Shown here in pieces: positions 9,758 through 20,767 of a stretch of DNA of 64,000 nucleotides. The DNA is from a virus. The position numbers were made by a program, and so were the translations under genes. Where the stretch lies: positions 31,213 through 95,212 of the IMG/VR virus record IMGVR_UViG_3300017716_002931, one strand, 5' to 3'. Under the pieces are notes generated by a model. It searched no databases, was not told the origin of the DNA, and saw nothing but the letters and a program-made list of their open reading frames with translations. How positions within the stretch are numbered: position 1 is the first letter of the stretch; every line of letters begins with the position of its first letter.

Positions 9758-10569
9758 TTACATGTGATATAGGACCACACGGTAGATTGGGAAACCAAAT
9801 GTTTCAATATGCATCATTGTTGGGCATTGCAACAAAACAAGGGTTGGAATATGGAATTGATTACAATCTCGGAGATAATCTATCTTGGAGAGAAAATGCA
9901 ATAGAACAATGCTCTCAAAAATTGACACTTGATAAGTGTTTTGATCTTTCCGCTAAACACTCAACGCCACCCTCCAAAACCATATATGAAGGGGCAGATG
10001 AGTATCATTTTCAAGAAAAGTTCTTTCATACAGGTGATGATGTAAAGATTCGTGGGTATTTTCAAACCAACAAGTATTTTGATCACATTGAAGATCAAAT
10101 ACGATCTGAATTCAAATTCAAACAAGATATCGTAGATGAATCGTCACACTTTTTGTCTTCAAAAAGACAAAACGAGTTGGTGTCTGTACACGTTAGACGA
10201 GGTGATTATCTACAATACACATGGCACGGAGTTTGTTCAAATCAGTATTATGGAAACGCATTGTCATCTCACTTCAGTGATAAATCGTACAACTTTGTTG
10301 TTTTGACTGATGACATTCCTTGGGCAAAAACAACGTTTTCTGGCAGTGAAAATATCTTTATATCAGAGACGCAAAATCAATATGTTGATCTATGTATAAT
10401 GATGTTATGTGATCATCACGTTATATCAAACAGTTCTTTTAGTTGGTGGGGAAGTTGGTTGAATCGTTCAAAAAATAAAAAAATCGTGGCACCTTCGACT
10501 TGGTTTAGAGAGCAACTTAAATCCTTAGATACCAAAGATTTATATCAACCCAATTGGATTATAATATGA
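9754..10569 (+). CDS. alpha-1,2-fucosyltransferase-like (GT11)
   Basis: GRLGNQMFQYA, GYFQ, VHVRRGDY, NSSFSWWG. Confidence 0.92.
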   Translation: MITCDIGPHGRLGNQMFQYASLLGIATKQGLEYGIDYNLGDNLSWRENAIEQCSQKLTLDKCFDLSAKHSTPPSKTIYEGADEYHFQEKFFHTGDDVKIRGYFQTNKYFDHIEDQIRSEFKFKQDIVDESSHFLSSKRQNELVSVHVRRGDYLQYTWHGVCSNQYYGNALSSHFSDKSYNFVVLTDDIPWAKTTFSGSENIFISETQNQYVDLCIMMLCDHHVISNSSFSWWGSWLNRSKNKKIVAPSTWFREQLKSLDTKDLYQPNWIII

Positions 10570-11570
10570 AATCGTATAACGTAAACAAACTATATAGTGA
10601 CCTGAAAATATCATCAAAAAATATGGAATCTCCCATGGAAAAACAATGGAGACGAAACGCCGATCCGTCTCTTCTTAAAAAACTTCAAGAAAATACACTT
10701 GACGTGAAAGAAATATCTGTTTTACCTACACCTAACGTCGGAGAAATATCTGTTTCGACGATACACTCTACCACCGGTGGAAAAGTAAATCTAAGAGATG
10801 TGACATTTATCATTCCAATCAAAATTGACAACAACGACCGATTGGAAAACTTCTACACCACGTTTGAATATTTAACTCAAAACCTAGATACCAACATCAT
10901 TATTTATGAAGCAGATTCAAAATCACAGATTGGAGATAAGTTAAATGGTAAAGTAACCTACATTTTTGAAAAAAATGATGGGCCGATATTCCACAGAACT
11001 AGATACTTGAACCATATGTTGAATATGGTCAACACGCCTGTAACCGTTAACTATGACATCGATGTTCTTTTGCCAATTGATTCGTATGTAACGGCTAGAG
11101 ATCGTATTATTAAAGATGAACTAGAGTTGGTGTATCCATATTGTTATGGTAATTGTCAACACAGAGTTAACCATAACGGCCGTAATAGTGTAAAAAATGG
11201 AAAATCTCTTGAAAACTTAGAAAATTCAGACTTTCAGGAAAAATCATTTTTGAGTTGGTATGGTCATTGTCAGTTTTTTAACACCGATGTATACAAGAAA
11301 TATGGTTGGGAAAATGAATACTTCATATCATATGGTCCAGAAGATTTAGAACGGTATCACAGATTTGTTAAACTAGATCGTAAAGTAGAACATTTGGATG
11401 GACGTATTGTTTATCATCTAGAACATGAACGTGGAAACAACTCGTCATCACAAAATCCATACTTTTCTCAAAACCATAAGTTGTTCGGTACGCTACAATC
11501 GTTTACCAAAACGCAGTTGATCGACTACTATAATTCAGTGGAATACATCTCGAAATATATTACTCTATGA
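10554..11570 (+). CDS. GT-A glycosyltransferase (GT2/GT7 C-terminal galactosyltransferase-like)
   Basis: TFIIPIK, YDIDV (DxD), GWENEYFISYGPED, HLEH. Confidence 0.8.
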   Translation: MDYNMKSYNVNKLYSDLKISSKNMESPMEKQWRRNADPSLLKKLQENTLDVKEISVLPTPNVGEISVSTIHSTTGGKVNLRDVTFIIPIKIDNNDRLENFYTTFEYLTQNLDTNIIIYEADSKSQIGDKLNGKVTYIFEKNDGPIFHRTRYLNHMLNMVNTPVTVNYDIDVLLPIDSYVTARDRIIKDELELVYPYCYGNCQHRVNHNGRNSVKNGKSLENLENSDFQEKSFLSWYGHCQFFNTDVYKKYGWENEYFISYGPEDLERYHRFVKLDRKVEHLDGRIVYHLEHERGNNSSSQNPYFSQNHKLFGTLQSFTKTQLIDYYNSVEYISKYITL

Positions 11571-12241
11571 ATATTAATTTTGTTACATTTTCAAATTACA
11601 AATATACATCACAACAACAAAAACTCAATGAGTTTGCAAAAACATTGGGATTGAACTGCTTTCCGTATACATTCGACGAAATAAAATCCACCGACTTTTA
11701 TCTGTCACATTCAAAAATCCTTGATAGAGAAAAAGGCAGTGGATTTTGTCTTTGGAAACCGTACATCATACTTGAAACACTGAAAAAAATAGGCAACAAT
11801 GAAATTTTGTTTTATATAGACAGTGCAGACATCTTTACAAAAGATGCATTAGAAATCATAGAGAAGGAACTTACATCAAAATCTATGTGCTTTCTACAAG
11901 GAGGATATCAGAATCAAATGTATACAAAACGTGATACGTTTCATTACATGGGATGTGATTACGATAAATATTGGAAGGCAAATCAATGTGAAGCGGGCGT
12001 GTTGGCCGTAAAAAACAATAACCACACCATCGATTTTGTATCTGAATGGTTTGAATATTGCAAAGATGAAAGAATCATAACAGATGATCCAAACACTTGC
12101 GGTCTACCCAACTTACCAATATACGTAGATCACAGATACGATCAAAGTATTTTGTCTAATTTAATCGTTAACCACAACCAACTATATTTTCACAATGGCA
12201 TTCGTAATTATATTAGATGTAACGTAAACAATTGTGACTAA
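11567..12241 (+). CDS. putative GT-A glycosyltransferase
   Basis: LWKPYII, YIDSAD, HRYDQSILS; located in the GT operon. Confidence 0.6.
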   Translation: MNINFVTFSNYKYTSQQQKLNEFAKTLGLNCFPYTFDEIKSTDFYLSHSKILDREKGSGFCLWKPYIILETLKKIGNNEILFYIDSADIFTKDALEIIEKELTSKSMCFLQGGYQNQMYTKRDTFHYMGCDYDKYWKANQCEAGVLAVKNNNHTIDFVSEWFEYCKDERIITDDPNTCGLPNLPIYVDHRYDQSILSNLIVNHNQLYFHNGIRNYIRCNVNNCD

Positions 12242-12246
12242 CAACT

Positions 12247-13056
12247 ATGATTAGCGTAAATTTAACTGTGCACAACAAAGCATTTCTTTTAGAAAGAGTT
12301 TTAGAAGGAATTAAAATAAATACTGTTGGATCATATGAATTGGTCGTGGTTCTTGATGGGTGTACGGATGAATCAGAACTCATTCTTGACAACTTCATTG
12401 CGTCAAATCATTCAATACACATAAAGAAGTTCTATGCACCCAATGTATTTGAAACCAAATCAAACAACATTGCTGCAAGAAACAGCGAGGGCGATCATAT
12501 CATTATTGTTCAAGACGACATGATAGTTAAAGAACACGGATGGAATGTCAGAATGTTGAAGCCAATACAAGCATTCAGTGATGTTTTTGCTGTTACGTCT
12601 AGAACCGCCCACAATTGGATATTAAACCCAAATTCAAAAGACGTTAACAAAGATGACTTTCATGGAAATGGTTGGGCAGACATTCTGTTTCATATGGATC
12701 ACGCTGATAGAAACAACATAAACCGTGAGACTTTTGCTCTACGAGATTCAGTGAATAGAGGTCCGTTGTTGTTGAAACATAATGTGTTACAAGAGTTGGA
12801 TTATTTTGACGAAGAATTTTCTCCACAAGACATGGACGATCACGATCTGTGTTATAGAGCTTTTAAAAAAGGTTATAAATCCGGTTGTTATTGGATAGAT
12901 TTTGAATCTCAAGATTCTTGGGGTGGAACAAGAGAAAATAACAAACCAAGGAAGTGGTTGTTGATGTCAAATTTCAAGAACAGCAAAATTCTTCTATCCA
13001 GACACAGAGATTTAATCTGTGGATCAAAACGCAATCAAAACTTACATCTTCCATGA
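12247..13056 (+). CDS. glycosyltransferase family 2
   Basis: LTVHN, LDGCTDES, VQDDM, YFDEEF..DDHDLCYRA. Confidence 0.88.
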   Translation: MISVNLTVHNKAFLLERVLEGIKINTVGSYELVVVLDGCTDESELILDNFIASNHSIHIKKFYAPNVFETKSNNIAARNSEGDHIIIVQDDMIVKEHGWNVRMLKPIQAFSDVFAVTSRTAHNWILNPNSKDVNKDDFHGNGWADILFHMDHADRNNINRETFALRDSVNRGPLLLKHNVLQELDYFDEEFSPQDMDDHDLCYRAFKKGYKSGCYWIDFESQDSWGGTRENNKPRKWLLMSNFKNSKILLSRHRDLICGSKRNQNLHLP

Positions 13057-13661
13057 AATTTTCAGATACATTCAAACAACAATATTATCCTCAGATGTTC
13101 AGACCTGCACATCCTGCAAATCCAATTCGTAATAGAGGAGACAATTTTCAGTTCGTATTTGAGTATTTGGAGAAAATCAAAAATCCCGTTATACTTGAAA
13201 CTGGAGTTATGCGTTCAGATCACGGAGACATGGCATTTGGCGATGATGGATGTAGTTCATTTTTGTTTGATCAGTTCATAAATGTTCATGGTGGATTTTT
13301 TACATCTGTTGATATCAATGAAAACAATTGTCGTCATGCTAGATCAAAAGTAAGCAACAGATCAACTATAGTGTGTTCTGACTCCATACCGTTTCTGTGG
13401 AATTACAAAGAAAAAGTTGATATGGTATATCTCGATTCATTCGATCTTGATTTAAAAAATCCAAATCCATCACAAATTCATCATCTCAAAGAATTATGCG
13501 CAATAGTTAAAAACCTACAGAGTCACACTTTGATTGTAATTGATGATCACATGACCCGAGATAATATGGGAAAAGGGTATCTGATCAAAGAATTTATGGC
13601 ACAAATAGGAAAAACTCCTATTTTTGAAAACTACCAACTTGGTTTTATTTTTGGAGACTAA
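13053..13661 (+). CDS. class I SAM-dependent methyltransferase (Methyltransf_24-like)
   Basis: ILETG, SVDIN, SDS, YLDSFD, IVIDD; ATGA overlap with the upstream gene. Confidence 0.75.
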   Translation: MKFSDTFKQQYYPQMFRPAHPANPIRNRGDNFQFVFEYLEKIKNPVILETGVMRSDHGDMAFGDDGCSSFLFDQFINVHGGFFTSVDINENNCRHARSKVSNRSTIVCSDSIPFLWNYKEKVDMVYLDSFDLDLKNPNPSQIHHLKELCAIVKNLQSHTLIVIDDHMTRDNMGKGYLIKEFMAQIGKTPIFENYQLGFIFGD

Positions 13662-13728
13662 CACTTTTATGGAAAACATTGAGATATACCATGAGTGATT
13701 TGCTTCAGTATTGGTTAAACAAAATATA

Positions 13729-14436
13729 ATGACGCACGGCATAAAATCTTTTTTTGGAGGATTAGGAGACACGCTTCAATTCTCTACGTTACCTGAAATG
13801 TTTCACGAACAAGGCCATGATGTTTTTCTCACAGACGATGCCCCGTTCAGAAGTCCGCATACACGTTCACTGGTTTGGGATCTAAATCCATACGTTAAAG
13901 GCCAATCAAACGTGCCTTGGACCTTAGGCGACATTCCAGGCCGTGTATATGAGAATAGATTCGATGACTTCATAAAGAATTGGGAATACGTTCATGGACT
14001 CATCCCCAAAAATAGCTTTCCAAAGATATACTACACACCAAAAAATGACATATCCAACATAGATACGTTAATTGATCTTGGATCCATAACAGTGAGTTAT
14101 GATTTACCAAAAGTTGTAAACTATATCAAATCCACTTATTCAAACATAAAACTAGTAATCAATCCTCATTCTTCGATTGATACGTTTGGATTTCAAACAA
14201 TAGAAGCAGATACGTTAACCAAATATGTTGATCTGATTAACTGTTGTAAAACCTTTGTATCTTTGAGTTCGGGGCCACATATGCTTGCTGGTTCGATTCG
14301 TCACGTCAATACTAACTTCAACCAAGTATGTATAATGTCGTCACATAAATGTCCACATTCAAATGAAAATTGGTATAATTATCAAATGAGCAGAAAATTC
14401 TTTGTTCTTCCTTTAGTAAATTACATAAAAATATGA
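13729..14436 (+). CDS. putative glycosyltransferase (GT9-like)
   Basis: GGLGDTLQFS..NPYV and FVSLSSGPHMLA resemble GT9 motifs. Confidence 0.55.
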   Translation: MTHGIKSFFGGLGDTLQFSTLPEMFHEQGHDVFLTDDAPFRSPHTRSLVWDLNPYVKGQSNVPWTLGDIPGRVYENRFDDFIKNWEYVHGLIPKNSFPKIYYTPKNDISNIDTLIDLGSITVSYDLPKVVNYIKSTYSNIKLVINPHSSIDTFGFQTIEADTLTKYVDLINCCKTFVSLSSGPHMLAGSIRHVNTNFNQVCIMSSHKCPHSNENWYNYQMSRKFFVLPLVNYIKI

Positions 14437-15419
14437 GTCACTATACTATGAATATTTCAGTAACCGGCGATGTAGATGGATGTCGGTATGACAAAAACAA
14501 AATGCTTGGGTTTATCGATGCATTTTCAAATGTACCTAATGTAAATTTTAGCTACATAAAACCTCACTTGAGTCATAACATCCCAAAAAATAAACAGATG
14601 GATATATTGTTTGGAGAATCGGGTGATTTCGATAAAATTTCATATGATGGAATCAAAAATGCGTTCATATGGGCGCTGATTGATGTTGAAAGTCTGGCAA
14701 AGAACAATCCTAACACAAACTTTTACATGTGTTCGAAAAGCATATTGCATGATTGGGACGTAATTGATGAATATTTGAGATTGGGGTTTTCGCCAAACTA
14801 CCTACAATGGGGATTGGAAAATGTAAATGTTGTTGATTTCAAGAAGAAAATTCAAGATTCTAAAAAGATTTCTAATGATACCTATCAGTTATCTGACAAT
14901 TTCTATTATATGTATCTTCCATGTTGTTTGGCTCAATCTACTATCAGACAATCAATCCCAAAAGATATAGATATCACGTACTTCGGAACTCTTCACAATA
15001 GACCAAACGTAGTACACATGCTCAAAGTTCTTGAAAGTTCCGGCCTAAATGTTTCATACAACAAAAACGGTTATATCAGTCCAGAAGAATGTATAAGTTG
15101 TTATAATCGTTCGATTGTCACTCTCCACGAAAATGTTGGTCCGGTTTATTTGGATTTTACAGTTAGATGTGGTGAGGCTCCAATGTGCAATTCAAAAATC
15201 TTCATGCTCAATAGAATAAGTGGAATGAAAGACTTTGCCAAGAAGCATGAAACTGTACCTGAGTGTGAGTCATTTGACAATGTAGATCATATGATTTTCT
15301 CTATAAAATCATACATCCAAGACTATAAGAATGGAATAAATCAATACGTAAACGAAAAACCCAATACATATAGACATTATGCAAATATGGTAGTCGATTT
15401 ATGCAAACAAAAACAGTAA
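14433..15419 (+). CDS. putative GT-B glycosyltransferase (CgeB/Glyco_trans_1_2-like)
   Basis: DITYFGT..NR, YNRSIVTLH..TVRCGEAPMC. Confidence 0.55.
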   Translation: MSHYTMNISVTGDVDGCRYDKNKMLGFIDAFSNVPNVNFSYIKPHLSHNIPKNKQMDILFGESGDFDKISYDGIKNAFIWALIDVESLAKNNPNTNFYMCSKSILHDWDVIDEYLRLGFSPNYLQWGLENVNVVDFKKKIQDSKKISNDTYQLSDNFYYMYLPCCLAQSTIRQSIPKDIDITYFGTLHNRPNVVHMLKVLESSGLNVSYNKNGYISPEECISCYNRSIVTLHENVGPVYLDFTVRCGEAPMCNSKIFMLNRISGMKDFAKKHETVPECESFDNVDHMIFSIKSYIQDYKNGINQYVNEKPNTYRHYANMVVDLCKQKQ

Positions 15420-16402
15420 AAATTGTTGGATGTGGACTTGCTGGCGCTACAGCAGCTGCAGTTTTAAAAGAAAAGGGGTATCGTACAATTATTTTTGAGA
15501 GCCGTAGTCATATAGGCGGTAATTGTTATGATTGTAATGTTAACGGTGTAATGTTGCATAATTACGGTCCTCATATCTTTCACACAAACAACGATGAAGC
15601 GTTCAACTTTCTATCCAACTATACGGAGTGGATTCCATTTGAAGTCAAGCCAAAAGGCAAGACAAAGTTAGGCACTATATCTCTTCCGTATAGTAAAAAA
15701 ACAAGAAAAGAATTGGGGCGAGATTTGACTTTTGAAGAGTTGGCTGATTTGATATACAAAGACTATTCTGAAAAACAGTGGGGTATACCATATGAAAATC
15801 TACCAAAGTCTATAATCAGCAAACTCCCAAATACGTCCGACCTAGAAGATCCTACATGGTTTGGAACTCAAAAGCATCAGTGTCTACCAAAAAAAGGATA
15901 CACTGCAATGTTTGAAAACATGCTTGATGGAATTGAAGTCAAACTTAACTGTTCTAAAAATGATTGGATAGATTATCCGGCAGATCTAACAATTTATACT
16001 GGTCGAATAGACGAATACTTTAAGTTCTGTTTCGGCAAACTTCCTTATAGATCTTTGAAGTTCAAACACGAAGTCACCAGTGAAAAAATGCCACACTTTT
16101 TAGAAAATTCAAATACCCACGAAAATCAGTATACCAGAAAATACGATCATAGTTATTTTACGCCTGGTCATAATGGAATTACTGTAATTACAGAAGAATA
16201 TCCTATTACATGTGGTGACAATGACATTCCATATTATCCGTTGTCTTTTAACGGCGGACCAGAACTGTATCAAAAGTATAAAGAGTTGACACAACAAGAA
16301 AAAGACGTTATATTTACGGGAACTTTAGCAACATATGCGTATTTGGATATGGCTTTGGTAGTTGGCCAGGTATTGTCCAAACTTAAAAACGTAACTTTGT
16401 GA
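15401..16402 (+). CDS. glf: NDP-pyranose mutase (Glf paralog 1, divergent)
   Basis: GCGLAG, IGGNCYD, YGPHIFHT, YSEKQWG, LPYRSL, PYYP. Confidence 0.85.
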   Translation: MQTKTVKIVGCGLAGATAAAVLKEKGYRTIIFESRSHIGGNCYDCNVNGVMLHNYGPHIFHTNNDEAFNFLSNYTEWIPFEVKPKGKTKLGTISLPYSKKTRKELGRDLTFEELADLIYKDYSEKQWGIPYENLPKSIISKLPNTSDLEDPTWFGTQKHQCLPKKGYTAMFENMLDGIEVKLNCSKNDWIDYPADLTIYTGRIDEYFKFCFGKLPYRSLKFKHEVTSEKMPHFLENSNTHENQYTRKYDHSYFTPGHNGITVITEEYPITCGDNDIPYYPLSFNGGPELYQKYKELTQQEKDVIFTGTLATYAYLDMALVVGQVLSKLKNVTL

Positions 16403-16418
16403 TTGAGAATAAAACAAC

Positions 16419-17357
16419 ATGACTAGTATCAAAAACAAAAAAATCTTCATCACCGGTGGCGCGGGTTATCTCGGAAAAGAGTTAATAAAATATTTCTATT
16501 CGGACAACCAAATAACCATATATTCGCGGGACGAAGCTAAACACTACTTCTTAAAAAAACAATACCCAAACCTAAATTGTGTAATAGGTGACGTGAGAAA
16601 TTATGAATTGTTAAAGAGGTCATCCAAAAACAACGATGTAGGTATTTTTGCAGCATCTCTAAAACAAATCGAAGCATGTCATAACAATTATGAAGAGGCA
16701 GAAGAAGTAATTGTTAAAGGAGCATTTAATAGTAGAAAAATATCTGAAGACCATAGTTTTGAATCGGCATGTTTTATTTCCAGTGATAAAAGTAGATCGG
16801 CTACAACCATTTACGGTGCCATGAAGTACGTGGCTGGAGAATCTTTTATATCCGGCACTTCAAACGTTTTGTTATCAACGGCTATTTATGGTAATATAGT
16901 GAATAGCACCGGAAGTATACTACCATTGATATGGAACAGTATAAACAATAAACTACCCATCACTTTGTATGATCCTGAGATGACTAGGTTTCTCCTAACA
17001 ATAGGAGACGCCGTGTCAGTTGTGGAAAAGTCACTGAAGTATACGAATGTAAATGTGATTCCTGTTGCTAAAAGTTTCTTTATATCAGATCTATTTGATA
17101 TCTTCAAAGACAAGTATGGATTAAAATTCAACATTTCTAAACCAAGAAGTGGTGAAAAGATCCATGAAATCATGGCGTCAAGTGAGGAAATTCCAAGAAT
17201 GGAGTTTATAGAAAAAGATGACATCTATCTATTACACCAAGAAAAAACTTTTTGTAAACCAAGTTTTCCCAACAACGAATACTCATCGAGAGACAATTGT
17301 CTTTCAAAGAAAGACCTCGACCGGTTTTTGAAAACCCACAACTATTTTAAGCCATAA
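16419..17357 (+). CDS. UDP-HexNAc 4,6-dehydratase (PseB/FnlA/CapD-like)
   Basis: TGGAGYLG, SRDEAKH, GDVR, AASLKQ, SSDK, YGAMK, YGN, MTRF, RSGEKIHE. Confidence 0.85.
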   Translation: MTSIKNKKIFITGGAGYLGKELIKYFYSDNQITIYSRDEAKHYFLKKQYPNLNCVIGDVRNYELLKRSSKNNDVGIFAASLKQIEACHNNYEEAEEVIVKGAFNSRKISEDHSFESACFISSDKSRSATTIYGAMKYVAGESFISGTSNVLLSTAIYGNIVNSTGSILPLIWNSINNKLPITLYDPEMTRFLLTIGDAVSVVEKSLKYTNVNVIPVAKSFFISDLFDIFKDKYGLKFNISKPRSGEKIHEIMASSEEIPRMEFIEKDDIYLLHQEKTFCKPSFPNNEYSSRDNCLSKKDLDRFLKTHNYFKP

Positions 17358-17358
17358 T

Positions 17359-18159
17359 ATGCGAATTTTTATTTTAGGTTCGTCCGGCATGCTCGGAACA
17401 TATTTGAAACAACTGTTCAAATCAAAATACGAAACAATATGTCCAGACAGAAACGATGTTGATTTTTGTGATGATGAAAGTAAAATCTGCGATTTTTTTC
17501 AGCGTAATTCAATAAATGAACATGATATCATCATTAACTCTGCTGGTATAATCAAACAGAGGAAATCAAGTTTGGTGGAAATGGTGAAAGTTAACAGCTT
17601 GCTTCCTCATGTATTGACAAAAATCAAAGAAAAAAGCAACTGTCAAGTAATTCATGTAACTACAGATTGCGTGTTTAGTGGGAAAAAAGGAAGATATATA
17701 GAAACAGATGTACACGATTGTGAAGACGAATATGGAAAGAGTAAATCTTTGGGAGAAAACACCTCCTTAACAATAATCAGAACTTCAATTATCGGGGAAG
17801 AGTTGAAAAACAAATTGTCACTGTGTGAGTGGGTCAAATCTCAGAACAATAAAACTGTAAATGGTTTTACCAACCACTACTGGAACGGATTAACGTGTTT
17901 GGAATTAGCTAAAACAATAGATCAAATCATAACAAACAATGACTTTTGGAAAGGTGTTAGACATTTGTACTCTCCAAATACCGTTTCTAAATACGAACTT
18001 ATAGAAAGTATCGCAAAACATTTCAATATTACATTAAAAATCAATGCAGTTCAATCAAACGATTGTTTTAGAAATCTAGATTCGATACATCAGTCAAAAT
18101 ACACAATTCGAGACTTGAATAAACAAATAAACGAGTTATCAAAATATGAACTGTTATGA
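17359..18159 (+). CDS. NDP-4-keto-6-deoxyhexose reductase (RmlD family)
   Basis: GSSGMLG, TTDCVFSG, YGKSKSLGE, RTSIIG. Confidence 0.88.
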   Translation: MRIFILGSSGMLGTYLKQLFKSKYETICPDRNDVDFCDDESKICDFFQRNSINEHDIIINSAGIIKQRKSSLVEMVKVNSLLPHVLTKIKEKSNCQVIHVTTDCVFSGKKGRYIETDVHDCEDEYGKSKSLGENTSLTIIRTSIIGEELKNKLSLCEWVKSQNNKTVNGFTNHYWNGLTCLELAKTIDQIITNNDFWKGVRHLYSPNTVSKYELIESIAKHFNITLKINAVQSNDCFRNLDSIHQSKYTIRDLNKQINELSKYELL

Positions 18160-19249
18160 TCTTCTAATAGTAGGAAGTGGTGTATTTGGAAGTGTTTTTG
18201 CTCAACAAGCAACAGAACACGGATTAAAATGTCTCATCATCGACAAACGTTCACATAATGCCGGAAATGCTTATACGGAAAACGTCCATGGCATCAATGT
18301 TCACAAATATGGTCCTCATATTTTCTGGACACCAAACACAGAAGTTTGGGAATACGCAAATCGTTTTGCAAAATTTAATCACTTCACAAATCGTGTAAAA
18401 GTAAATAACCAAAACAAGATCTACTCATTTCCAATAAACCTGTTAACCATGCATCAGATGTTTGGGTGTAATACGCCCGAAGAAGCGGTTGCAAAGTTAG
18501 ACTCTGTTCGTCTTAAAATAGAAAATCCATCGAACTTGGAAGAACATCTACTATCAACTGTAGGTGAAGAAATTTACCACAAGTTTTTTTACGGATACAC
18601 CAAAAAACAGTGGGGTAGAGAACCAAGAGAGTTGCCCAAAAGCATCATAACTAGAATTCCTATCAGAACAAACTTTGACGACAATTACTTATTCGATTGT
18701 CATCAGGGAATTCCAATCGGCGGTTACACAAAAATGTTGGAGAACATGCAAGTTGGGTGTGATCTGATTCTCAATGAAGACTATTTGCAAAATAGAGAAT
18801 CGTGGGACAACGTGGCAAAGAAGGTGGTGTATACCGGTGCTCTTGATGAATTTTGTGATTACAAGTACGGAGAACTCGAATATCGTAGTTTGAGATTCGA
18901 AGAGTCTATACTTAACAAAAAGGATTATCAGGGATGTGCAATAATGAACTTCACAGAAGAGTCAGTCCCTTATACTCGCATCGTCGAACATAAACACTTT
19001 GAATTTGGAAAGCAAGATGTTACAGTCATATCAAAAGAGTTTCCTCAGTCGTGGGAACGTGGTAAGGAAAAATACTATCCGATCAACGATGAAAAAAATA
19101 CGTATCTTTACCAACAATATAGATCTCTTTTCTCGGATGACTCAAAATACATTTTTGGTGGACGACTCGCAGAATACCGATACTACGACATGCACCAAGT
19201 GATTTCCTCAGCAATTCATAAATTCAAAAAATTCATAGGTAAACCATGA
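18146..19249 (+). CDS. glf: UDP-galactopyranose mutase (Glf paralog 2, canonical)
   Basis: GSGVFG, HKYGPHIF, YTKKQWG, RIPIR, LEYRSLRF, YTRIVEHKHF, GRLAEYRYYDM. Confidence 0.93.
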   Translation: MNCYDLLIVGSGVFGSVFAQQATEHGLKCLIIDKRSHNAGNAYTENVHGINVHKYGPHIFWTPNTEVWEYANRFAKFNHFTNRVKVNNQNKIYSFPINLLTMHQMFGCNTPEEAVAKLDSVRLKIENPSNLEEHLLSTVGEEIYHKFFYGYTKKQWGREPRELPKSIITRIPIRTNFDDNYLFDCHQGIPIGGYTKMLENMQVGCDLILNEDYLQNRESWDNVAKKVVYTGALDEFCDYKYGELEYRSLRFEESILNKKDYQGCAIMNFTEESVPYTRIVEHKHFEFGKQDVTVISKEFPQSWERGKEKYYPINDEKNTYLYQQYRSLFSDDSKYIFGGRLAEYRYYDMHQVISSAIHKFKKFIGKP

Positions 19250-20142
19250 AAATTCAAATAGTTACACACCTGCTTCCACACGAATTGGACGAGTTTGAAC
19301 GTCAATTGTGCGTATTGAGTTCATATCCAATAACTGACGATGAAGTTATTCTTGATGTTACATTGAACGTAAACACCGTTGATTGGGATAATGCAAAGAT
19401 TCCAATTGAGTTCTTCGTAGAGAAGTTCAATAAGCTTCAAAACTACGTCACTAAAACAAATTGGTGTAAACAAGCTTTGTTTGATGTAGATGACACAGGA
19501 AAATGTAAAGGAATAAATGACAAACGCCGTAACAGTATTCGTCAATATGCTGATACCGTCGATGCGTTTGTGTATTTGGACTCAGACTTGGTATTTCAAG
19601 ACTACACTCTTCCTTATTTGATTCATTGTGCTAAGACTGTCAAGAACAAATACTTCATACTAACCCCACAAATTCCAAAGATTTGGGATGCCACATGGGA
19701 TCATCTAGTCAACACTCGTTATATCGATAACCCATATGGAAGTGAACGATCATTCAATCCATATTATGGAACAAAAACAATTTCAGATGAAGTAACGCTC
19801 ATCAAATCGCCACAAATAAAACTCGGCGGAGGATGGTTCAACCTGTTTAGTTCCAATTTGTTGAAGTATACTGACATTCCTGATATTTTGGGCCCATACG
19901 GTGTGGATGACACTTATGTAATGTTCGCTGCCCAAATCATGCGACTCAATGGTGAAGATATAGAACAGTATATATTGAAGAATGTGATAGTAGCAGAGAA
20001 CTATCTACTTAGAAACAATCCGTACAAAGAGTTTATTCCGTATAAAACAGGTAGAGAAGATTACAAATCAATAGCAGAACAGAATTTGCGTGGATGTCTC
20101 AACGACTTTCAAGTAAAACATTCATATGTATTGAAAAAATGA
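19246..20142 (+). CDS. putative GT-A glycosyltransferase
   Basis: YLDSDL (DxD), GGGWF, YGVDDT. Confidence 0.6.
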   Translation: MKIQIVTHLLPHELDEFERQLCVLSSYPITDDEVILDVTLNVNTVDWDNAKIPIEFFVEKFNKLQNYVTKTNWCKQALFDVDDTGKCKGINDKRRNSIRQYADTVDAFVYLDSDLVFQDYTLPYLIHCAKTVKNKYFILTPQIPKIWDATWDHLVNTRYIDNPYGSERSFNPYYGTKTISDEVTLIKSPQIKLGGGWFNLFSSNLLKYTDIPDILGPYGVDDTYVMFAAQIMRLNGEDIEQYILKNVIVAENYLLRNNPYKEFIPYKTGREDYKSIAEQNLRGCLNDFQVKHSYVLKK

Positions 20143-20477
20143 ACGACGTAAATTCAATATGTTTCACAGTTGTATGTTTGTTGCTTTGGTTTCATACTGA
20201 AACCGTACTTTCTTATGCGCAACTATTCAGGTTGAGAAAGTTATTCAAAATATCCGACTTTGAAGAAGATAGAACGCATGATTTTACTATTGAATACCCT
20301 CAGTGGTTATATAAGAAACATCCTGGCTTTTTAACAAAACTATTGAGTTGCCCTTGGTGTATAGGATTTTGGATATGCTTATCATCCTGTTTATTCTGTA
20401 ACACGACCGACATGTTTTTTGCGGAATATTTGATATCAATGATCACATACTTTTTTGTATCAAATAAAATACTATGA
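20139..20477 (+). CDS. small membrane protein, DUF1360-like
   Basis: LLSCPWCIGFW motif with hydrophobic segments; ATGA-coupled start. Confidence 0.6.
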   Translation: MNDVNSICFTVVCLLLWFHTETVLSYAQLFRLRKLFKISDFEEDRTHDFTIEYPQWLYKKHPGFLTKLLSCPWCIGFWICLSSCLFCNTTDMFFAEYLISMITYFFVSNKIL

Positions 20478-20767
20478 ATGTAGGCAACTTCACAGAATTT
20501 TATAACCTGTTGAAAAACAATGATGCTATAACCAACACAATTCCACATCTTAGAGATTTTGTTGTGTTGGCAGAAACCTATCGTGATATGTGTTCTTGTG
20601 ATCGTAAATCAGAAAAACTACGATTGAAAACCGAGTGTGAATCTCAGTACAGAATACTTGTGACCACTGTTATTACCGCAAACATAAATGTATTCTTTAC
20701 CGTACTAAAACAATCTCACATTCGGTTCATTCATAACTGCGCCGTTATTCGAGAGTTTTCTCAGTAG
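20474..20767 (+). CDS. hypothetical protein
   Basis: ORF coupled to the upstream gene; ends the plus-strand operon. Confidence 0.65.
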   Translation: MNVGNFTEFYNLLKNNDAITNTIPHLRDFVVLAETYRDMCSCDRKSEKLRLKTECESQYRILVTTVITANINVFFTVLKQSHIRFIHNCAVIREFSQ

